This document shows, one piece after another, positions 10,258-19,531 of a stretch of DNA of 64,000 nt. Position 1 is the first letter of the stretch. Each line of letters opens with the position of its first letter. A program made the position numbers and the translations under genes. Origin of the DNA: Myxococcota bacterium (GTDB taxonomy: Bacteria > Myxococcota_A > Polyangia > Nannocystales > Nannocystaceae); assembly GCA_039028615.1 (NCBI GenBank), contig JBCCHT010000015.1, positions 128,001-192,000 on the forward strand, read 5' to 3'. Under the pieces are notes generated by a model. The model was not told where the DNA came from, made no database searches, and was given only the letters and a program-made list of their open reading frames with translations.

Positions 10258-10408
10258 GAACGCGTCGATGCCGTGCCCCATCGCGTTCGATCCTAGCGCA
10301 CTGCTGCCGGCTAGGGTCGAAGCACCACAGGGACGGCGACGGGGCGCCCCCGAGCCGGTCGTTTGGCCACTGTCGTCGATGTCATGGCTCGCGCGAGACT
10401 GGTGAACG

Positions 10409-10855
10409 ATGACGATGAAACTCCCATCTTTGTTTGCCGTGGCACTGTCAGTGACGCTCGGCGCATGTGTCAGTGTCGAGGAGACGGCGACCTTCGACGA
10501 CATCGAAGAGGACTCGGACGGCGCGGAGGACGACGAGTTTCGCTACGTGCCGATCTTCGACTCCTGTGGCGATCACGAGCAGGAGTGCATCCAGGGGTGC
10601 CACGATGATTTTCACGACATTTGTATGCCGACCGCGCGCGCCATTCTCTACGGTGGTTGCCGCTCCGCGGCCGAGCAGACCTCCGGGGCGCCCGACTGCT
10701 TCGACCCGGAGGGAGTCCCCTTCAACGTCGATCTATGCCTGGACCTGTACTGGAGTTGCCTCGACGGGCAGTGGCGTCCCGACATCAAGAATGCCCACGA
10801 CACCTGGGCCTCCAACTGCGAGGTCGGCCGTTTGGTGTGTCTGAGCGCGTGCTGA
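10409..10855 (+). CDS. Small Cys-rich lipoprotein
   Basis: MKLPSLFAVALSVTLGAC lipobox; many Cys residues. Confidence 0.7.
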   Translation: MTMKLPSLFAVALSVTLGACVSVEETATFDDIEEDSDGAEDDEFRYVPIFDSCGDHEQECIQGCHDDFHDICMPTARAILYGGCRSAAEQTSGAPDCFDPEGVPFNVDLCLDLYWSCLDGQWRPDIKNAHDTWASNCEVGRLVCLSAC

Positions 10856-10861
10856 GCCGTT

Positions 10862-11779
10862 TTACAGCCCACGCCGTAGCGGGGTCTCGTCGCCCGAGTC
10901 GATGCGTTTGCCATCCACGAACACGGTATTGACGAAGCTGCCTCCGCGCGCCACGTAGCCGTGCTCTCGCATCAAGTCGAGAGTCCCGCCGACCAGGCCC
11001 TTCGTGCCGAAGCGTAGGGTCTCCACGCAGAACACGGCGGGGCGCGATCGGGTGAAATCGAAGGTGCGGAGAATCTCGAGGTCGAGTCCCTCCACGTCGA
11101 TGGAGACGAGGTCGGGCGGGGCGTCGGCGAAGTGTTCCGCGATGATCTCCATGATCGGTCGCAGCGGCATGTCGAGCGTCTGCTCGACGACCTCGCGGCC
11201 TTGCTCGGCCCGGTAGCGGTCGACCTGCTCCTTCGAAAAGGTATTGAGCTGCGGGCGATCGCGGATGAGGTAGTAGGGGGCGCTGCGCTGCTCATCGATG
11301 CCGACACCCGCCTCGAGGATGGTGTCTTGCGGTCGCAGCTCGCGGAGCATCTGGGTCATCATGGGGTTGGGCTCGACGAGCACGCCCCGGGCCCCCATCG
11401 AGTACAGCAAGTAGGTGTTGCTCCCGATCGTCGGATGAAAGGCGCCGACGTCGAGGTAGCGGGGGCGCCGGATCCCGAGCGACTCGAGCACGTTGGCGAT
11501 GACCAGGTCCTCGCCCTGCTGCGCGTAGGAGACGATGCGCCCGTCCGGCGGCTGCGGTCCGAGGGGAGGTGGCTCGGGCTTGACCCGTCCCGAAGGAGCG
11601 ACCTCGGCGGACTGGTTCTTCGACGCCTCAGGGTTTTCCCCCTTCACGGCAGCCTCGTCGGAATCGCTCGGGGCCTCGCGGTCTTCGGTCGCAGCCCGCA
11701 GCTTCTGAGACGCCAACGCGACCCCCGCTCCCAGCCCAACCCCGGTCAGTCCGCCGAACAAGAAGCTGCGTCGTTCCAC
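10862..11779 (-). CDS. FkbM-family SAM methyltransferase with a twin-arginine-like leader
   Basis: SYAQQGED, YLDVGAFHP...SNT, GVLVEPNP, DLVSIDVEGLD; N-terminal ERRSFL followed by a hydrophobic stretch. Confidence 0.88.
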   Translation of the reverse strand: MERRSFLFGGLTGVGLGAGVALASQKLRAATEDREAPSDSDEAAVKGENPEASKNQSAEVAPSGRVKPEPPPLGPQPPDGRIVSYAQQGEDLVIANVLESLGIRRPRYLDVGAFHPTIGSNTYLLYSMGARGVLVEPNPMMTQMLRELRPQDTILEAGVGIDEQRSAPYYLIRDRPQLNTFSKEQVDRYRAEQGREVVEQTLDMPLRPIMEIIAEHFADAPPDLVSIDVEGLDLEILRTFDFTRSRPAVFCVETLRFGTKGLVGGTLDLMREHGYVARGGSFVNTVFVDGKRIDSGDETPLRRGL

Positions 11780-11913
11780 CGTCGTCGATGGTACCCCGCG
11801 GCGCTGGAGCCCGACACGGCCGAGGAAACGGGGTTCGCCCCGCGCACGTCGATTTCGCCGCGAAACCCCCGTGCCCGCGTCAGATCGAAACCCCTCACCG
11901 TGGAGGGCCCCAC

Positions 11914-12834
11914 ATGCTCCGGTCGGCCGTCCTCGCCCTCGCCCTGTCCACCGCGTTTGCTCCGCGAGCGAACGTGAGCTCGACCTCTCCGCGCTCGGGT
12001 CGGGGTCATCTTCGCTCGCAGGTGACCTACGCCATGTCCCACAGCACGGCCGACTACGACACCAACGCCATCGGGGCCGTCGGCAACTGGGATCACTACG
12101 GCTACAAGTGGAAGTCGCTGCACGACACCAACGTGGGCGCCGTGCTCCACGGCTCGCAGGCGCTGCACTCGTTGCCCTACACCCCGCGCGCGGGGGTGGA
12201 GTCGGGGCTCAACGTCAACGAGACCCATGCCTACACCAATACGATGGGCGGGCAGTACGACGCGGCGGGGTCCTGGCATAGCCGGGACATCGACGACCCG
12301 ATGACCGGCCTGGTGTTCGCGGCGCTCGTCATGCACTACTTCGACAGCCCGGTGCTGCTCAGCGGGGCCTGGACTCCGCCCAAGGCGGTGGCGCCCAGCG
12401 GCACCTGGTACCAGACCATTGCCCTCGAGTCGCTGGTGTTCGAGGTGCCCGGGGCCAGCAGCCTGCACGCCGCGTGCGGCCTCAACCCGGCGGCCACGCC
12501 CGTGCAAGCCGCGGCGTCGCTGTCGAGCTGCAACCTGTCGAGCGGGAAGCTCGTCTCGGCCACAGCCTCGCTGTGGGTGGGCGCCAACAGCCCCTCCGGC
12601 GCGCCGGACTTCATGATGCACCGCCCGCTGTCCGGCGCGGCGCTGCTCGACGCGTATGCGGCCGGCTTCTCCTACGGACCCACGAACCCCAGCGGGCAGG
12701 GCGGGGAGATGGTGTTCTCCGCCCCCGACAACGTGACGCCTCAGGACATCGCCGCGTTGGTGACGATGGCTGGGGTCATCGCGGCCGATCTCGAGCCGGC
12801 CAATACCGCGTCGGGGGCCAGCGACGTCCAGTAG
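11914..12834 (+). CDS. Secreted hypothetical protein
   Basis: GGAGG upstream of the ATG, signal peptide MLRSAVLALALSTAFA, coding-like GC3. No family recognised. Confidence 0.65.
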   Translation: MLRSAVLALALSTAFAPRANVSSTSPRSGRGHLRSQVTYAMSHSTADYDTNAIGAVGNWDHYGYKWKSLHDTNVGAVLHGSQALHSLPYTPRAGVESGLNVNETHAYTNTMGGQYDAAGSWHSRDIDDPMTGLVFAALVMHYFDSPVLLSGAWTPPKAVAPSGTWYQTIALESLVFEVPGASSLHAACGLNPAATPVQAAASLSSCNLSSGKLVSATASLWVGANSPSGAPDFMMHRPLSGAALLDAYAAGFSYGPTNPSGQGGEMVFSAPDNVTPQDIAALVTMAGVIAADLEPANTASGASDVQ

Positions 12835-12849
12835 GGCCGCGGACTGCCG

Positions 12850-14220
12850 TCAGCCGGAGTCGGCGTCGGCGGGGCTCGACGCTCGCAGCACGAGCAGACC
12901 CACGATGCCCGCGATGGCCGAGGCCACGAGGATGCCGAGCTTGGCGGCGTCGAGATCGGCTTGGCTCGAGAAGGCCAGGCCCGCGATGAACAGGGCCATG
13001 GTGAAGCCCACGCCGCCGAGCAGGCCGATGCCGACCACGTGACCCCAGCGCACGCCGGCGGGGAGGTCGGCGAGGCCGAGCTTCACCGCCAGCCAGGTGA
13101 ACGCGAAGATGCCGACGGTCTTGCCGATCACCAGGCCCACCATGATGCCGAGCGCGATGCCTCCGGCGAGAGCATCGAAGCCGACCCCTTCGAGGCTCAC
13201 GCCCGCGTTGGCGAGGGCGAAGATCGGCAGCACCAGGAAGGTGACCACCGGAGCCAGCGCGTGCTCGAGGTCGAGCAGCGGCGCCGAGGCGGCGTTGCGA
13301 ATGCTGGCGACCTCGTCGAGTACGTGCTGCTGATCGTGCGAGTTGAGGCCCGCGTCACTGGGGGCCCCGATCTCGTGGAGGTGGTGCAGCGTGCCCTCGA
13401 GGCGCCGCACGAGGCGGTTGCCGTAGATCCGGGTACGCGCGGGAATGGTGAAGGCCATGAGCAGCGCGGCGATGGTGGCGTGCACACCCGACTTGAGGAA
13501 CGCCAGCCACACGATGAAGCCCACGATGAAGTAGGCCAGGCCGTTGCGTACGCCGGCTCGTGCCATGAGCAGGGACAGCACCACGCCCACCAAGCCGATC
13601 ACCAGGCTCGCGGTGGCGATCTGGTCCGTATAGAACACCGCGATGACGAGGACGGCTCCGATGTCGTCGACGATGGCGAGCGCGGTGAGCATGACCTTGA
13701 GGCCCAGCGGGGCTCGGGTGCCGAGCACGGCCAGCACACCGAGGGCGAAGGCGATGTCGGTGGCCATGGGGATGCCCCAGCCGTCGCGCAGCGGAGGCTC
13801 GGGGTTGATGGCCACGTAGAGCGCGGCGGGCAGGATCATGCCGCCGATGGCCGCGAGGGCCGGCAGCGAGGCCTTGCGCGCCGAGCTGAGCTCACCCACC
13901 AGCAGCTCGCGCTTGATCTCCAGGCCGACGAGGAAGAAGAACACCCCCATCAGACCGTCGTTGATGAGGTGGTGCACCGACTTGGTCAGCCCGATGCCGC
14001 CCATCGAGACGGTGACGTCGGCGTGCAGCGCATGGTGATAGACCTCGGCCCACGGTGAGTTCGCCCAGACGAGGGCGATGAGCGTGGCCAGCAGCAGCAG
14101 GCCGGCGCCTGCGAGCTTGTGCTGCGCAAAGAGCTTGACCGGTTCGAGCATCCGGTCGATCGGCATGACGATCGACTGCTCGGCCGAGTCGTGGTCGTGG
14201 TCGTTGGGCGTCGAGGCCAT
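12850..14220 (-). CDS. nhaA: Na+/H+ antiporter NhaA
   Basis: INDGLMGVFFFLVGLEIKRE, GWGIPMATDIAFA, LAIVDDIGAV, KSGVHAT, GFTMALFI. Confidence 0.96.
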   Translation of the reverse strand: MASTPNDHDHDSAEQSIVMPIDRMLEPVKLFAQHKLAGAGLLLLATLIALVWANSPWAEVYHHALHADVTVSMGGIGLTKSVHHLINDGLMGVFFFLVGLEIKRELLVGELSSARKASLPALAAIGGMILPAALYVAINPEPPLRDGWGIPMATDIAFALGVLAVLGTRAPLGLKVMLTALAIVDDIGAVLVIAVFYTDQIATASLVIGLVGVVLSLLMARAGVRNGLAYFIVGFIVWLAFLKSGVHATIAALLMAFTIPARTRIYGNRLVRRLEGTLHHLHEIGAPSDAGLNSHDQQHVLDEVASIRNAASAPLLDLEHALAPVVTFLVLPIFALANAGVSLEGVGFDALAGGIALGIMVGLVIGKTVGIFAFTWLAVKLGLADLPAGVRWGHVVGIGLLGGVGFTMALFIAGLAFSSQADLDAAKLGILVASAIAGIVGLLVLRASSPADADSG

Positions 14221-14778
14221 GACGACCCGCACCTTGCCATGGCGAGCACCGCTGGCAAATGGGGAAAGACGCCACAGGGGCGTTTCGGGCCGGTGTACGG
14301 GGTTTCTCGGAGGTTTTCCGCGGCTGCGGGCCGAACTTCGACGCGATGGGGTCCGCGGTGGCCCGGCGCAAACGAAGGACCGGTGCCGGGGAGCCGTCCA
14401 TCGAGCCGAGCCGATCGCGTCACGGCGACGCCATCGAAGCCGTCGCGATCGCGGCGGGCTCGTCGACGGCGTGACCCACCGAGTCGGTGGTTTTCCAAGG
14501 GCGAGTCGCGGCGTCGAGTCGCGAAGTGATCGTGACGATCGAAGCGTCGTCGAGCTCGTTTCGCGAGCGACTGCTCGTGGTGCGGTTCCGTGTCGCGAAG
14601 TCGCGCATCATCGCGGTGTCGAAAACGAGCATGCGCGTGCCGGGCCGTCGGCGGACATGACTCTTCCTCTGACGCGAATCACCCCTCGGCGTACGGCAAC
14701 GTGGTCGAAGAGCGTGGCGCCGCCACCGACGATTCCGCTCGTAGTCACTGGTTGGGGGGACGTCTACAGTCCCCCGCC

Positions 14779-15801
14779 ATGTGCCGTGCTCAGGCTTTTT
14801 CTTCCCTTTGTGCCTTGCTGCTGAGTGCGGGTTGCTTCGACCCGCAAGACTCCGATCCGGGGTCCTCCGACAGCACGAGCAATGCCTCCACGACCTCCGT
14901 CGGAGCCACCTCCGTAGACTCGCCCATGCCCGGCTCGAGCACGACGGAGTCCCCGGGAGGGCACACCGACGCCTCCACTTCGGGCGTTGCCCCGACGGAT
15001 ACCGAGGCCGATCCCGACACTTCGGGCGACGGCGGTTCGAGCAGCGGCAGTCCATCCAGCTGCGGTGACACGCCGGGCATGGTGTGTGTGTTCGCGGGCG
15101 AGTTCATTCGCGGCAGCGACGACCCGCGGGTCCCCTCGGACGAGGTTCCACAGACGACGATTTTCCTCGACGAGTTCGAGATCGACGAGTTCGAGGTCAC
15201 GGTGGCCGAGTACGTCGCTTGCTTCGAGGCGGGGGCGTGCTCCGAGCCCGGCGATGCCTTCGGCGACGGTTCGGACTGCAACTGGATGCGCGCCGGGCTG
15301 GACGAGCACCCCATCAACTGCATCGACTGGTTTCAGGCCGACGACTACTGCACGTGGGCGGACAAGCGCCTCCCGACCGAGGCCGAGTGGGAGAAGGCGG
15401 CGCGCGGTGTCGATGGCCGTACCCACCCTTGGGGCGAGGATGAGCCCACCTGCAACCTCGCGGTCATGAACGACGGCGGCTTCGGCTGCGGTATTGGAAC
15501 CCCCTCGCTTCCCGTGGGCAGCCGCTCGCCCGACGGGGACTCGCCCTACGGCCTCAAGGACGCGGCCGGGAACGTGTGGGAGTGGGTCGCGGACTGGTAC
15601 GACCCCGAATACTACCCGCGAGCACCGACCGAAAACCCGATGGGCCCGGGTAACGGCACGGCCAAGATCGTGCGCGGGGGAGGGTGGATCAACACCCACG
15701 ACTCGGCGAATACCGGGCTGCGCATGGCGGACCGGGCGGAGAGCAACCCCGTCAACGGCTCGACGGTCTACGGCATCCGCTGCGCACGTACGCCCCGGTA
15801 G
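14779..15801 (+). CDS. FGE-sulfatase (SUMF1) domain lipoprotein
   Basis: Lipobox SAGC; RLPTEAEWEKAARG, SPYGLKDAAGNVWEWVADWY, GIRCAR. Confidence 0.92.
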   Translation: MCRAQAFSSLCALLLSAGCFDPQDSDPGSSDSTSNASTTSVGATSVDSPMPGSSTTESPGGHTDASTSGVAPTDTEADPDTSGDGGSSSGSPSSCGDTPGMVCVFAGEFIRGSDDPRVPSDEVPQTTIFLDEFEIDEFEVTVAEYVACFEAGACSEPGDAFGDGSDCNWMRAGLDEHPINCIDWFQADDYCTWADKRLPTEAEWEKAARGVDGRTHPWGEDEPTCNLAVMNDGGFGCGIGTPSLPVGSRSPDGDSPYGLKDAAGNVWEWVADWYDPEYYPRAPTENPMGPGNGTAKIVRGGGWINTHDSANTGLRMADRAESNPVNGSTVYGIRCARTPR

Positions 15802-15842
15802 ATCATCGCCGCCCCGCGGGCGGCTCGCGCATCGCTGCCTCT

Positions 15843-15890
15843 CGACGGCTGCGGTTTGGCCCACGGTGCCAGCTGCAGCCGTCGTTTTTT
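15843..15890 (+). terminator. Intrinsic terminator after the FGE gene
   Basis: CGACGGCTGC (15843-15852) pairs with GCAGCCGTCG (15875-15884), with an inner TGGC/GCCA stem, followed directly by TTTTTT. Confidence 0.8.
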
Positions 15891-15933
15891 GTTGTCGGTG
15901 GTGGTTTGTTTGCTGGTGAGAGCTCGTTCGTTG

Positions 15934-15994
15934 AATTGTTCAATTGTCGATATTGGCTATTTGATGAATTGAATGATCGTTAATTGGTCAATTG
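15934..15994. promoter_or_regulatory. Two AATTG-N2-CAATT palindromes, candidate operator upstream of the eCIS operon
   Basis: AATTGTTCAATTG at 15934 and AATTGGTCAATTG at 15982, inside an AT-rich patch. Confidence 0.5.
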
Positions 15995-16494
15995 AAACCG
16001 CCTGCACCTGTGCTTTCAATCGCAATGCCATCGCACGGGTTCCCCTCGATGGAAGAGGTGAGGTCTTGGTCGGGATCGAAACCGGCCTGCGGGTTTAGTC
16101 GTGCTCGAAGTCGAGCGATTTGAAATCGAGACTCTATGGTGCTTCAGGTGCTCGAATTCGGCAGTTTTAATAGACGGGCGGTTTCGTCCTGATTTCAATG
16201 TCGGCCGAAATGCAGGAACGCTCTCGAGGAGGTGATCGGATCGTCCCAACATAGGACGTCGTCCATCGGGCTTGCGAAAGTGGCCATGGATTTCACAAGT
16301 GCTCGAAATATTTCACTCGTCGATCATACGTTGTTTGTCCGCGGTGATGCCCGCATTTGAATAGTTTCCGAGCTCATGTGCGATTGGTGATTGCTCCTGG
16401 ACCGAGGCTGGGCGTACTGTCGGGTCGGTCGTCGAGCAGGGGGCACTCTACGCACCCACCCGGTCCCCTTCCCCCAAGGACAGGCTGACAACGT

Positions 16495-18231
16495 ATGGCA
16501 TCCGCACCACCCGTCACGGTGAGCTATCCCGGAGTCTATCTCCAGGAGGTCACGAATACCGCCGTCAATGTGACCCCGGCATCCACCTCGGACGCCGCAT
16601 TCATCGATTGGTTCCCGCAGGGGCCCACCGATGAGGCGGTGCAGATCACGAGCTTGCAGGAGTTCAACAGCACCTTCGGGGGCCTGAACTGGAACTCGCC
16701 GGCCAGCTACGCCATCCAGCAGTTCTTCCTCAACGGCGGGTCGGTGGCCTGGGTCGTCCGCATCGTGCCGAGTTCGACCACGACTCCCGCCGCCGGGCGA
16801 GCAGCCGTGGCGGCCAGCCTCTCGTTCGACTTCAGCCAGACCTCGCCTCCCGTCGTGACCAGCAGCCCCCCGGGTGCGCCCTCGGTCATCACGTTCTCCG
16901 CCAATAGCGAAGGCACGTGGGGCAACTCGTACGGGGTTCAGTTCACGCCCACGCCCGCCTCGATGGCGCCGGCCGGCGTTCAGGACCCGTTCAACCTCAC
17001 CATTCAGCAGAACGTGGGCACCACCGCCAAGCCGATCTGGGCGGTGGTCGAGAGCTACTACAACGTCACGCTCGACCCCACGAGCCCGAACTACATCGTG
17101 AATGTGGTCACCCAGGGGTCGAACTTCGTGGTCGCCACGGCGGCCACGGGCAGCGTGCGCAGCCAGGCCGCAAAGTTCAGCACCCCGAGCGCCCCCGTGA
17201 ACCCCGAGGCGCTGGAGAACGGCGACGATGGCCAGTGGGGCTCGAGCTCCGCGAACGCGGCGGCCGCCTACGCTGCCTCGGTCGAGGCGCAGGTCACCAC
17301 CGGTTCCGCGTTGCTCGACGGCATCGCGCCCAACCACTTCAACATCATGTGCTTGCCGGGGGTGAGCCTGCTGAGCACCAACTCGCAGGAGGCACCCCTG
17401 ACGGCGGCGTTGCAGTACTGCCAAGACAATCAGGCGTTCCTCATCGTCGATCCGTCGCCGCCCACCAACATCACCCAGACCATCGGCAACCCCAGCTTCT
17501 TCAGCACCAGCTCCTTCGTCGACGACGTGAGTCAGATGGTCGACTGGGCGGCTTCGTGGACCAACGCCGAGAACATCGCGGGGGCGACCTATTATCCCTG
17601 GCTGCTCGTTCCCGATCCGCTCAACCAGAACAACCCGCGCCTGGTGCCACCCAGCGGCACGATCGCGGGGATCTACGCGGCTACCGACGCCTCGCGGGGC
17701 GTGTGGAAGGCTCCGGCGGGGGTCGACGCGGTGCTCGGCGGCATCCTGGGGTTGGCCGATGCCACGCTGACCGACACCGACAGCGGCACGCTCAATACCC
17801 TGGGCATCAACGCCCTGCGCACGTTCCCGATCTACGGCAACGTGGTCTGGGGCACGCGAACCCTGGCGGGGGCCGATCTGCTGCAGAGCTCGTTCAAGTA
17901 CGTCGACGTGCGGCGGCTGACCGACTTCATCGAGCAGAGCCTCACCCAGAGCCTCAAGTGGGCGGTGTTCGAGCCCAACGCCGCGCCGCTGTGGGCCACC
18001 ATCACCTCGGAGGTCAGCGCGTTCATGGCCTCGCTGTACACCGACGGGGCGTTCGGAGGGTCGACGGCGGCCCAGGCCTATCAAGTGTTGTGCGACGCGA
18101 CCACGACGACGCCGACCGACATCGAAAACGGCATCGTCAACGTGGTGGTGGCGTTCCAGCCGGTACTCCCGGCCGAGTTCGTCGTCCTCCAGATCCAGAT
18201 CAACTCTCCCACCACCGCGACCTCGCCCTAG
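16495..18231 (+). CDS. Contractile tail sheath protein (Afp2/3/4-like)
   Basis: YPGVYLQE, FFLNGG, PPSGTIAGIYA-TD--RGVWKAPAG, LGINALR, VWGTRTL, YVDVRRL, WAVFEPN, PAEFVV. Confidence 0.95.
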   Translation: MASAPPVTVSYPGVYLQEVTNTAVNVTPASTSDAAFIDWFPQGPTDEAVQITSLQEFNSTFGGLNWNSPASYAIQQFFLNGGSVAWVVRIVPSSTTTPAAGRAAVAASLSFDFSQTSPPVVTSSPPGAPSVITFSANSEGTWGNSYGVQFTPTPASMAPAGVQDPFNLTIQQNVGTTAKPIWAVVESYYNVTLDPTSPNYIVNVVTQGSNFVVATAATGSVRSQAAKFSTPSAPVNPEALENGDDGQWGSSSANAAAAYAASVEAQVTTGSALLDGIAPNHFNIMCLPGVSLLSTNSQEAPLTAALQYCQDNQAFLIVDPSPPTNITQTIGNPSFFSTSSFVDDVSQMVDWAASWTNAENIAGATYYPWLLVPDPLNQNNPRLVPPSGTIAGIYAATDASRGVWKAPAGVDAVLGGILGLADATLTDTDSGTLNTLGINALRTFPIYGNVVWGTRTLAGADLLQSSFKYVDVRRLTDFIEQSLTQSLKWAVFEPNAAPLWATITSEVSAFMASLYTDGAFGGSTAAQAYQVLCDATTTTPTDIENGIVNVVVAFQPVLPAEFVVLQIQINSPTTATSP

Positions 18232-18243
18232 GAGTCACGACCC

Positions 18244-18777
18244 ATGGCAAGCACAACCATTTCCACCAGTCGCGTCGATCCGTTCCTGACCTACAACTTC
18301 CAGGTCAAGTGGGACAACAACTACGTCGCGGCGGTGAGCAAGGCCAGCGGCCTCAGCCGCACGACCGATGTCGTTCCGTTTCGCTCGGGCGGGCAGCCGC
18401 AGAGCATGTACAAGATCCCGGGGCAGACCGACTACGGCGCGCTGACCCTGGAGCAGGGGGTCACCTTCGACACTACGTTCGAGCAGTGGGCCAACAAGGT
18501 CTGGTACTACCCCAATACCTCGAAGTTCGGGCAGGAGGTCTCGCTCAAGGACTTCCGCAAGAACCTGCAGCTCGAGATGTACAACCAGGCCGGGCAGCTG
18601 GTCATGCGGTACAACATCTACAACTGCTGGCCGTCGGAGTACACGCCGCTGCCCGAGCTGAGCGCCGAGGCCAACGTGGTGGCGTTCGCCAGTCTCACGC
18701 TGCAAAACGAGGGCTGGTCACGCGACACGTCGGTCACGCCACCCACGCTGCCCAGCTTCAACGAGCCTTCGAACTGA
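18244..18777 (+). CDS. Tail tube protein (T4 gp19/Afp1-like)
   Basis: DPFLTYNFQV, SGL, KIPGQTDY-ALTLEQG, FRKN-QLE-YNQAG, NCWPSEY; AGGAG ribosome-binding site. Confidence 0.93.
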   Translation: MASTTISTSRVDPFLTYNFQVKWDNNYVAAVSKASGLSRTTDVVPFRSGGQPQSMYKIPGQTDYGALTLEQGVTFDTTFEQWANKVWYYPNTSKFGQEVSLKDFRKNLQLEMYNQAGQLVMRYNIYNCWPSEYTPLPELSAEANVVAFASLTLQNEGWSRDTSVTPPTLPSFNEPSN

Positions 18778-18787
18778 GCCTCGCGTC

Positions 18788-19531
18788 ATGACGGCGCTCG
18801 GTTCCGAACAGCTCCTGCAGACGTGGGAGCGAGCGCAGGCGCATGGACCCATCGAGCGGGCACTGGTGCTGTTGTCCCAGGCCCGCACGCACTGGGATCG
18901 CGATCGCTTGCGCCACGTGCCGCTGGGGCAGCGCGATCGATGCGTGCTGGAGCTGCGCGAGCAGCTGGTCGGCACGCGGGTCCAAGGGCATCTTCGCTGC
19001 CCGGCGTGCGGCGAGCTGCTCGAGTTCTCCGTCGATCTGGCCCAGCTGCTGTTCGCCGCGCTGCCGGAACACCCCTCGTCGCCTACGGTGGAGCTGGCGG
19101 TTCGAGACTACGAAGTGCAGGCGCGGGCTCCGAATAGCGAGGACATGGCGCTGGCCTCGTGTCGGCACGATGTCGAGGCGGCGCGGGGCTTGTTGCTGCG
19201 GCGATGTGTGCTCTCGGCTCGCCGCGAGGGCGTCGCGGTCGAGCCGAGCGAGCTGCCAGACGAGGTCGTGCACGAAATCGGAGAGGCGATCCTGCGCGAG
19301 GATCCGCAGGCCGAGGTCTATCTCGATTTGTCGTGTGCCCGCTGCGGGGCCGCGGTCCACAGCCTCTTCGACGCGCCCGCGTTCGTGTGGGGCGAGCTCG
19401 ACGAGATGGCCGAGACGCTCCTGGAGGAGGTCGAAGTCCTCGCCCGCGAGTACGGGTGGCGCGAGGTCGACATCTTGGCCATGACCCCCACTCGGCGGCG
19501 GCGCTACATGGAGCGGTGCCGCGATGGATGA
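18788..19531 (+). CDS. CxxC-containing tail/baseplate assembly chaperone
   Basis: Two CxxC motifs (CPAC, CARC); C-terminal LAREYGWREVDILAM---RRRRY; position directly after the tube gene. Confidence 0.75.
   Translation: MTALGSEQLLQTWERAQAHGPIERALVLLSQARTHWDRDRLRHVPLGQRDRCVLELREQLVGTRVQGHLRCPACGELLEFSVDLAQLLFAALPEHPSSPTVELAVRDYEVQARAPNSEDMALASCRHDVEAARGLLLRRCVLSARREGVAVEPSELPDEVVHEIGEAILREDPQAEVYLDLSCARCGAAVHSLFDAPAFVWGELDEMAETLLEEVEVLAREYGWREVDILAMTPTRRRRYMERCRDG

Noticed and set aside
13290..13430. Hydrophilic insert in NhaA
   Set aside because: Longer NhaA variants with this loop are common.
14221..14750. Possible nhaA-associated riboswitch or small gene
   Set aside because: I could not recognise a known motif or convincing coding pattern. 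An Infernal/Rfam scan would settle it.
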